Assembly: GCA_951406725.2 (NCBI GenBank)
Contig: OX597816.1
Span: 80,724,001-80,788,000, forward strand
Length of the DNA stretch: 64,000 nt
Direction: 5' to 3'
Source of the DNA: Octopus vulgaris
Taxonomy: Eukaryota
The notes under the pieces were generated by a model, which was not told where the DNA came from, did no database searches, and saw only the letters and a program-made list of their open reading frames with translations. Below are positions 54,141 to 64,000 of this stretch, in pieces. Position 1 is the stretch's first letter. Each line of letters starts with the position of its first letter. A program made the translations under genes and the position numbers.

Positions 54141-55714
54141 ATCGTCACCAAGGAATGAAAGACAGGTGAAGTTGACCTTTCTCCAAACAGTAGTAAATTT
54201 TCTACCACGGTCTGATAGTTTGCTTTTCTTTCAAGTATCTTTCTGACTAGGTAAAGTTTCCTACATTTTATATTAGAGTATTAATATCATGAGTATTAAA
54301 AAGTTTAAATACAACTGTAGGGCATTAATCACGAAAGTGAAGCCAGCATGTACCAACTATGACTCGAAACCGAGCAGCAATCTCAACTAGCCGCAAGATT
54401 ACCACTTCCTCTACGGTATTTGACATTTATCCCATTACGATAATATCAATGCTTGCGAGGTAAAGTAGAAAGAGAGAAATGTAAGAAATATCCATCTGAG
54501 AAACTATGATTCAGAATTTTGGCATGTGGTTCACGATAGAAATATCCACATTGTAGCGTCTAGGTTGTTTTCATCATAAGAATGTCTCACGAGTGATATT
54601 CAGAAATGAAAATGTTGGCAGCTATCGTATTATACTGGCATATTCACTGAAATCGATATACGCGCATGTGCGCATGCTTGTATGCGTGTGTTTGCATCTA
54701 TATGCATATGCGTGTTCGGTTGCGTGTGTATGCATGTAATTTCCTCTGTGTGTGTGTGTGTGTGTGTGTGTGTACATAGAATTTTGGGAGGAAATATAAT
54801 GATGAAAACATTTATTTCGGCTCTAAATGGGAGAAGTATATGTGTCTGAACCTATGCAATTCACAATTGGCTTCGTCTGCATTTATCTCTGACACAGAAT
54901 CATTTTATGTGCCATTAACTTCTGGGACAGTTTTCCCTGATCGAACAAATTTAGACGTTTTTATATAGAAGAGTTTCCTGGAGCAGAAATATTCATTGAA
55001 TCTGAAGATACAAAGTTTTCATTAACATAGATGAGTGTGTATACGTGCGTGTTAACGTACACACACACACACACACATACTCACACACACACATGTACAC
55101 ACATTCGTTCCAAGAATACGCTCTTTGAATGTATAAACGTATAAACAACACATACTAAAATCACATATAAAACCAAACAAATAAATTTACGTTAATGTTA
55201 TCGCAAATTTTATTTCCCCTTTTTAAAATTATCATTCGATGTTACTATCGTATTGAGACGAACTTACTTTTAGCATTTTCTCCAAATGAGTTATTTCTTC
55301 CAAATTTGTAAGCTTTCGCCGAACCACGACCTGCAGCACCGTTTTGGTCACCAGCTGTGGCCAGCTCACATCATTTACGATAACAATGCCTTTGGCAAAG
55401 CTACCACTTAATATCATAACACACCGCTGTGAACATATACAGCAATTTTAACTAATCCAACAAATAATTAATAATATCATGCATATGTGTGTACATGCAA
55501 GCACATACATACTAGCCAACTAACACAGACATGCATACAGACATATATACATGTGTGTGTGTGTGTGTGTGTGTGCACGCATGTACACACACTCATATAT
55601 ATATATGTATACACACACTTCAGCGAACATAAATCTCATCAATCTCTACACATCTCAAATGAGGCTCAAAATGCTCCCACCTCAATGTTGTTACTCCTGT
55701 AGCACACACATATA

Positions 55715-55922
55715 CGAAGGGATGTTGAAAAGTTCCTAGCTTTAAGGACATCGCGAAAGGCCTGATTGGAGGTCCAAACTTCTGAGTTCTTTTACAGGGG
55801 TTAAGAAAACCTGAAGGACCACTGCAATAAATGTGCGGATCTGATCACCGGAATGAGTTTATAAACTGTTTCTTATAAAAAGATAAATTGTTCCTATGTG
55901 TGGCGACTTTTGAATCACCCTG
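55715..55922 (+). mobile_element. Mariner-derived short element related to 9677-9881
   Basis: TA|cgaagggatgttgaaaagttcc; cgcgaaaggcctg..ctgaaggacc.ctgcaa shared with the 9677 copy; right end gacttttgaatcaccctg|TA. Confidence 0.7.
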
Positions 55923-56148
55923 TATACATACATACATACATACATACATACATACATACATACATACATGTGTACATGGGTCGGACTGGGACATCAAGGC
56001 ATTAACTTTCGGTTTTACATGTTTTTCAACTAGTTGCGTTCATCAATGAGGTTCTCTACTGCGACAAAGAATCTACGGTGTTCACAGCATACCCAGCAGT
56101 CTACGGGAGAAAGACGCAATTCATCCTCAATCCTACAGACATTCCGTC

Positions 56149-56230
56149 AATTCAGCAGAAACAGGATGTCATCTACTGTTATTGACTCGGAGACTTTATA
56201 GCTGCAGATGACATCCTGTTTATATGAATT
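56149..56230. repeat. Hairpin with 16-bp perfect arms
   Basis: aaacaggatgtcatct (56159-74) / agatgacatcctgttt (56206-21), outer aattca/tgaatt. Confidence 0.85.
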
Positions 56231-57498
56231 CATTTCTCTGGCATTGGCACTCGTGTTCCAGTTCGACCTAACAGCTCCACATATGCGTAAGGACCAAATA
56301 CAATCCCTTCAGATTACCTGCCAAAATCATTTCTATCCACAGAACAGTAGTTAATATAATTACTACTAATAAATATTTCACTAACCCGGAAAATCCAATT
56401 GACAGATATAGTGTTCTGCTGGCCGTTATGTCAATTAATTAATTAGTGAAGCACTAAGTAGTGTGTTTTGCATATTTCAAATATGAATTAAAACGGTGCT
56501 ACGATAGAGAAGGTCTACCGCGCTAGCCGTAGTCTACCAATCGTCACACACACACAGAGTTACACACACACACACACACATACGACCCGATAATAAAGGC
56601 AGATCAACATAGACCCTGAATTGTGAAACGGATCAACATGACCTGACCCGACCTGACCTGCTCTTATGGAAGAGTAATTTAGGAGTACCAAATTTAATAT
56701 ATTCTCCATAATTTTAAATTGAACACGTTAGCGTTAACAATTGATACACGAAGTATTAGATATCATTAAAGGATGTAAATGTAAATAATACAGGATGCGA
56801 TATGAAGTTCATATCATTAATATATGTGATACGAAGTGTATGTCATTAATATTAATAACGTAGAGGAATTGTGGCTTTTATCATAACAAAGGGCAAATTA
56901 TTGAGTAATGTAAATATCCTGTTATTATGCAACATTATATATACCACGATATAATCGATGATGTAATACAAAGTGTAGGCCATTCTTATTGTGTTATTAT
57001 TCTACATCTTTATAGAATTTCTTTACGCGATGATCATTAATAAATTCTTAATCACGATGTTGTTTTCCTATTACTATGCAGTGTAAATATCTTAGGAAAA
57101 GCACACCTTTTATTTTATCAAAAAGTTTCGGCAGATCATATACTATAGTATTTCACGTATAGAATGCTCTATGTAGATAGTACAAGAATCAGCCATCGTT
57201 TTGGTGTGCAACTGAAAACACTGGATAATTGTAAGCGAATATCTAATGAACAGAAGACAGGAATAAAGCAGACTGGTTTCAGTACTGTATTGGGCAACTA
57301 TCCTACTCCAAAGTATACTAATTCACCGAGCTGTCTGTTGATCAGGATTTACGCAGATGGGATTTTCAGTCCTAGTTCAATCCTTGTTAGAAGTCAACCT
57401 ATATATACTGTATCTGTGGACAGAAACAGGCAAATAAGCATGCATGTGTATGCTTTGTGCATATGCGAGTGTGTAGGAAAATACATTTACACAAATAT

Positions 57499-57880
57499 TT
57501 ACTCTTTTACTCCCTTACTTGTTTCAGTCATGTGACTGTGGCCATGCTGGAGCACTGCCTTTAGTCGAGCAAATCGATCCCAGGACTTATTCTTTGTAAG
57601 CCTAGTACTTATTCTATCGCTCCCTTTTGCCGAACGGTTAGTTTCGGGGATGTAAACACACCAGCATCGGTTGTCAAGTGATGTTGGGGGGACAAACACA
57701 GACACACAAACATATACACACACATACATATATATACATATATACGACGGGCTTCTTTCAGTTTCCGTCTACCAGATCCACTCACAAGACTTTAGTCGGC
57801 CCGAGGCTATAGCACAAGACACTTGCCCAAGGTGCTACGCAGTAGGACTGAACCCGGAACCATGTAGTCGGTAAGCAGAG
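57499..57880 (-). mobile_element. SINE family A, little diverged
   Basis: Collinear with 1741-2140, with a short internal microsatellite. Confidence 0.92.
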
Positions 57881-58474
57881 TGCTACTATCATACATAGAT
57901 GGTTAAAATTTAAACAAGACGTAAACAAAACGGAAATACATAGTTGAATACAAACAGATATACATACATATACTTAGAGAAATATTTATGAATGTACTGA
58001 AGTTCTAAGTGCGAAGTCCAAACCTTCAGCACATGTTCAGCACAATAAACTCTTCGATACACACCTAGACATTCACATAAATATGCACAGCCAACAGAAA
58101 CCTTACTCCATCCGGACGAAGTTTTCCATATCCGGCCAACTCGCTCTCTCCTCTACCAGTCACAAATGTCTTGAAAATAACTAAAAGATCTGCCGCATTC
58201 CTTGAAAGTTAAACTATTTTAACCATTTAAGAGTAAATAGTACCCGTAGAAGAGCAAACAGTACATGTAGAATTATATTTCATATATATCTAGAAGCCAG
58301 ACATCATCACAATTCTACTGCATCTGTTGAAAATGAGTAGCTAATGGGTTTTTATAACCGCCCCCCACCATGAGATTTTTATTGCTTCGGCGATTTCCCC
58401 TTTTTTCAACTGTCCTTCTCGTTTTCGCATTACAATTTGTGTTTAATTGTTTGTTTCTGCTCATAGTTTATTTT

Positions 58475-58692
58475 TCCTTTCTACTATAGGCACAAGACCA
58501 GAAAATTTGTATGAGTTGGGTAGTTTGTTTACATCAACTCCAGTACTCAACTGGTACTTATTTTATCAACTCTGAAACGATGAAAGGCAAAGTTGACTTT
58601 GGGACGGAATTTGAACTCAGAACGTAAAGGCGGGAAAATGCCGCTAAGCATATTGTGGGGCGTGCTAACGATTCTGCCCAACTCGCCTCCTT
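58475..58692 (-). mobile_element. SINE family B
   Basis: aggcacaagacc...caactggtactta...gatgaaaggcaaagttgac...gaatttgaactcagaacgtaaag...gcgtgctaacgattctgcc. Confidence 0.9.
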
Positions 58693-59069
58693 CATATTTC
58701 TGTTCATAGCGAACATCAACTTAAGCACACTAGCTTATTATATATATATATTTTACGTATCGGTTCATTTCAAATTTCTTTTATTAACCTTAGAACCTGT
58801 GTCTATTGTTGTTAATTGTTTCCTATGCACATACACACTTATGTATTTATTGTCACTATTCTTCCTCTTTTTCTATAATAGTAATTATAAATAATAATTT
58901 TCCTAGTGGGGCCGATTTAGAACCCTTTGAGACGGCGTTCGCTGTTTATATACGGATTATCTCGGAGTTTGTTTGATATATCTGCTTACAGTACAAGTCT
59001 AATAGCATTAGATTTTAGCCAAGTTGTTGTATTTAACCGCAATGATAAAAAAAACTGGAATAGAATAAA

Positions 59070-59106
59070 ATTATGTGTGTGTATGTACACACACACACAC
59101 GTACAC

Positions 59107-59146
<40 letters not shown>

Positions 59147-59255
59147 CAGTATGTATACACATGTATGCGCATATTTATATATATATACACACGTATGTAT
59201 ATATATATATATATATACACACGTGTGTGTATGTATATATATATATATATACACA

Positions 59256-59313
<58 letters not shown>

Positions 59314-60225
59314 ATATGTATACTTATGTATGTGCATATTTATATATATATATACACGCGTGTGTATGTATGTATATATATATACGCACAAACATACAAA
59401 AATATACACATATACGCACACACATACATACATTGAGTGCACGTACACACTTGTGTGTGTGGCGTTTACTTTGGTATTTCTGGAGTTCTATAATTGCTTG
59501 GGAACATGGAAATCAAAAAGAAATATCCATTCGAAAGCATGTCTCAGTCAATCAAAGCATTACGCTTCACTAATCACATCACACGTTTTACAGCCCGCCG
59601 TGGGATTCAGATTGCTGTGAGCGAGTGGATGAGAGAGGGGGAGAGAGAGACAGAGACAGAGAGAGACAGAGGGAGAGAAAGAGAGATAGACAGACAGACA
59701 GAAAGAGAAAGTTGTAAGGCAGCAATGAACATGATGTGTGCGTTTGTTTGTGTACGTGGTTATGAGTGTGATAAAACGCATAGATAGAGAGGGGGAGAGA
59801 GAGGAAGAGAGAGAGGGGGAAGAGAAAAAGAAAAAGGGAAGAGTGGGGTATGAGAGAAATGGGGTGGAAATATTTTTAAGTGTGTAAGTGTAGTGGTGAT
59901 CTGAGTTTGCGTGAGTATACATGTGTATATGTTTTATGGGAGAGTATCTAAGCGCGAGTGTATATGTAGGTATGTGTGAATTTATTTCTAAGTGCCGAAT
60001 TTTCTCAGTTTGATCTGCGTATATATATATGTGTGTGTGTGTGTGAGAGAATGTGTGTGTGTGAGTGTGTTTTCGCGCGCGCGAATGCGTGTGTGAATGT
60101 GTGTGCGTGTAGATGTATACTAATCTCCCTTGTATGTATACGTGTGTGTATATATGTGTGAGAACATTTGGGTATGTATTGAATTTATTCTAGAGAAGGT
60201 GCTTGAGAGCTGGAGCATATATATA

Positions 60226-60273
<48 letters not shown>

Positions 60274-60356
60274 GTGTGTGTGTGTATGTTTGTGTGTGTG
60301 CGTGCGTTTTGTGTGTGTTTAAATGTATGTGCGGAAGTGTGTGTGTTTGAGAGCAA

Positions 60357-60407
<51 letters not shown>

Positions 60408-60714
60408 TGCGTATCTGTACGACTGTATGTCAGTGTTTGCGTGCTCATGTATTAGTGTGTGTGTATGCATGTGTGTATGTCTGTGTATATGTGTCTGTGT
60501 GTGTGTGTGTGTGTGTGTGAAAGAAATAGAAAGCGAGAGAGTGAGAAAGAGACAGAGAGTATTTTTTGTTCAAGGTTTATTTCTGTATGCGTACGGAGAA
60601 TGCGATCGGATGTTAAACGTCGTTTGAGTTTGTATTTATGTTTGTGTGCGACTCTATACGCATTATACTCGTGTTTCTGCATATGTGAGTATGTACATAT
60701 AGTTTGCATGCTTG

Positions 60715-60770
<56 letters not shown>
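59070..60770. repeat. Extended low-complexity zone of (TA)n, (GA)n and (TG)n tracts with short unique spacers
   Basis: Directly visible. Confidence 0.85.
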
Positions 60771-60773
<3 letters not shown>

Positions 60774-61334
60774 CTGCTGTTTGGTTGTGTATGCATGTGC
60801 GATTGTCACTGCATAGTCCAATCTGTGTGCTGAGGCATGTTCCCTATTGTGTGTAAATCTATCTGGATGTCTATCTCTATGCATATGTTCGCTGACCGTG
60901 TTTGTGTTCATTTGCGTATACTTTTTTCCTTTTTCGTGTTCATATGTACTAACGTGTGTGTAACGGTCTTTACGTGTGTTTCTGCATGTATATAGGCAAT
61001 TGTGTATGTGTATGCCTGTGTGTGTGTGTTTGGGTAGAATTCCAACGCAAGAAGACATTTTACGATGCTAATAATCATATTACATTCCTATCGTCACTAC
61101 ATACAGTTAACTTCTGAGATCGCACAGTGAAGCTCGTTCAACTTCATACTATAACGAATTGAACCCTGCCCTTGGATATGATTATTGTGAAATGATAAAA
61201 TGCAGGACTAATTTAATTACAGTATAAATTATTTTATATTTCACATTTTGAGTTCGAATGTCATCACACACGATTTCGAGAGTGTTTCCTCTTATTGAAC
61301 TTGAGTGATACCCATAATATATTATAGTAATCAG

Positions 61335-61870
61335 TAAGAAACTATACCAATGCTTCGGCCAGTGTACAAATGATAGGCTCGCTGGAACTAATAATGAAAC
61401 GACGCTATTATTCACAAATTCATGGATATATTAAAGAAAAAAAAAAACATAAATTAGTACTGTGCTACTAGGAATCAACGATACCATTTCTATCAAGCAG
61501 TGACTAAGTGATTGGTTCATTGGAAACCAATACCCAAGTGACGTTATTGATTACAAATGCTTGATATATTAAATAAAATATATATATATTAACTCTGTGC
61601 CAGTACTATACAGCTGATGAATCAACTACACCGTTTCCATCATGCAGCGAACAAGTGATTTGTTCCTTTGAATCCAGTAACCAAACGACGTTATTGTTTA
61701 CAATGCATGACACATTAAATAAAATATATATATATTAGTATCTTACTAATAATATACTCGAGATGAATCAACTATACCGTTTCCCCTCAAGCAGTAAAAA
61801 TGTCATTGGCCAGTCGGAATAACGAAACGACGCTGTTGTTCAGAAACGCATGACATTTAAAATAAGGAAC
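61335..61870. repeat. Diverged tandem array, ~3.7 copies of a ~146-bp unit
   Basis: aatcaac at 61473, 61620, 61766; each unit has gacg(c/t)t(a/g)tt and attaaa followed by an A/T tract; weaker first unit from ~61340. Confidence 0.8.
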
Positions 61871-62325
61871 AAAACAAAAATTTAAAAGACAAAGAAGCAT
61901 TCTTCAGTAAACATGCTGAAATTGTAAAATTCTACACTAAATGCTTTACATTAAAACTTGAACACCTACTAATGTATTCGATTCTATTTGTTATACCTCC
62001 ATGTTCTAAGATTAATCAAAAGCAATTGATAAGTAAATAGGGTCATATCAAGATAAAATAGTTTCACTTTCAGAAAGCTATAAATACTGTACAATCTCCC
62101 TAATAATTTTAAGGTGTTCTAAATGAAAAAATACTCGATGACTACTACATATATTTTAAGGATGAGAATGTTTCATATCTTAATTGATTTTATATTTATA
62201 TAGATTCCCATTTACAGGCTCCACGAAGTGACTGTGATCCATACTTCAAAGGGTTACCACTGAAAACTTCATCCTTATGAGTCTATGGATAACAAGTCAG
62301 CCTGGCTTGAGCTTATGTCTCACCA

Positions 62326-62537
62326 TAATATTCGTTTCACAGTTTGGCAGAAAGCCAGCGATTTTGAGGGAGGTGTTAAGTTGATTACATCGACCTCAGT
62401 GTTCAACGAATACTTAAGTTATCGACCCCGAAACGATTAAAGGCAAAGTCGACTTCGGCTAAATGTGAACTCCGAACGAAAGGACGGACGAAATGCCGCT
62501 AAACATTGTGCTAACGGTTCTACCAACTCGCTGCCTT
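62326..62537 (-). mobile_element. SINE family B
   Basis: gattacatcgacc...ttatcgaccccgaaacgattaaaggcaaagtcgac...gacgaaatgccgctaa. Confidence 0.88.
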
Positions 62538-63064
62538 CGTTTCTTTGCATAACATTACGACTACTACTGCAAAATCCCAGATATGAGAAGTAAGGAAATC
62601 GGAGTGTCTTAACTGGGAATTGATATTCTTTAATTTAAACGCAAACACGAGATACTCACTACAATCCAGTGAGGGAGCCTCAACACACTTTCTCGATTCG
62701 CTGCAAATAACAGTAAAATCTCCTTTGAATCACACCTACGATCGTTAAAAGTATGGTCACATGAAGATTATTCCCTAGATGCATTACTTGTCAAGATGGA
62801 GATGGATGGTTACATATGGAATAATTTTTATCAAGAATATGATTAATCACAAATGACCTGGAATAAAAAAAATATATATATATATATTAACGATTCACCA
62901 CACAACAACACTCGAATATTATATTCTATATATCACTGTATCACTGCTTCGACCATATTATCGGATATTGATATATACCCTTGGTCACCATACGCTTCCT
63001 CTCATTGTTGTAGCTTTCGAATGATGCCGTCTCGGTTGCTATACAGGTAGGCTGACAGTCCCTC

Positions 63065-63237
63065 TTGAATGGAACGCCGGCCAGTCGCTGGATTATTCAT
63101 TTACAGGTGAGTGTACTAGAACAACATGAAATGAAATCATTTGCTCAAGGACACAACCCACACTCGGTCTGGGAATCGAAAGCACGACCTTGCAATCGTG
63201 AATGCAACATCCTGACCACTAAGGTGCAGACCTTCAG
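63065..63237 (-). mobile_element. SINE family D (diverged)
   Basis: Minus strand cttagtggtcagg (A box), ttcgattcccagaccgag (as at 49550), gtgtccttgagcaa. Confidence 0.75.
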
Positions 63238-63699
63238 ATGTTCTACAATATATATTCCAGAAGAAAATAAAGAATACTTCTTCATATATTTTACAACATG
63301 ATAAATAGGATAGTACGTGCTAATACCCTTAATGCAATGGTCCAAGAAATTCGAATTAACACTAGACCCATTCCGATGAGAAAATGATCATTATCTTATG
63401 AACTTAGACTGAGTAGTTTGACTTTTGGTAACCAGAGTTATGCATTATAAATTAATCAACGATATTGAGTTCATAGAATGAAACAGTAAAAGTTGTGATG
63501 TCCATACTGTTTTAGAGTGGTAGAAATATGATCAAAATATTCTGACTATGATTATCCCACCTTTTGTCTGGATACCATTTTTTTAAAACGTTAGGTGTGC
63601 TAAGAGGGCGATTTGGTTGCTAATTCTAGCATGTGGGACGATCTTTCAGAGACATTCCTCTCTCATTAGCGATTAGTAACGAGGTAGCTCATTCAAGCT

Positions 63700-64000
63700 T
63701 TAAATGAAGTTTCTGACGTTTCGGGGATCATAGATAAATGAAGGCACAATACAGTTATGTAGAGTGTATACTTTCAGATGGGATGTGTATTGTAACCTCT
63801 CTTTTCCATAATTTTATTTTCACTGGATTGGCATGCGCAGCCACTGTGGGAGTTACATCACGATCGATGGATGTAGGATCGGTCGCCCGGTATTTATAGA
63901 CGAAATGGTGTTACTTGTCTCAATGAGTCCGCTACCAAATGCTGCAAGGCAGGGATGACGATTAGTGTTGCGAAGACTGAGGCATTGGTTCTCTCAAGAA
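63700..64000 (+). pseudogene. RTE-clade LINE reverse transcriptase remnant (runs off the window)
   Basis: GCVL*PLF, ITIDGCRIGRPVFIDEMVLL (cf. I..LLFADDLVLL), CKAGMTISVAKTEALVLSR (cf. AGMRISTSKTEAMVLSR) with frameshifts. Confidence 0.75.

Noticed and set aside
61335-61870. CRISPR-like repeat-spacer array
   Set aside because: Entire units are homologous and diverged, with no identical short repeats, unique spacers or cas genes; eukaryotic context

Overview
Eukaryotic, AT-rich, microsatellite-saturated DNA with no recognisable host protein-coding exon, rRNA, true tRNA or CRISPR array. The repeat repertoire resembles what I recall from octopus (cephalopod) genomes; this is an inference, not a database result. 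Almost all ORFs in the supplied track are translations of simple repeats. Supported content: (i) about 20 copies of at least three tRNA-derived SINE families; (ii) 5'-truncated R4/Dong-type non-LTR retrotransposons with a restriction-like endonuclease (RLE), all abutting (TAA)n tracts, two of them nearly identical; (iii) remnants of CRE-like, RTE and Penelope-like (PLE) retroelements; (iv) an internally deleted mariner, mariner-derived MITEs including a 300-bp foldback, and a long-TIR MITE family; (v) a diverged ~146-bp tandem array. The most interesting signals are RNA-structural. At 40453-40849 a hammerhead ribozyme core is defective alone but is complemented by a partial second copy ~350 nt downstream. 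At 35760-36335 a Penelope 3' end carries a tRNA-like Pol III promoter between its GIY-YIG remnant and its hammerhead. Coordinates were read by eye; repeat edges may be off by several bases.
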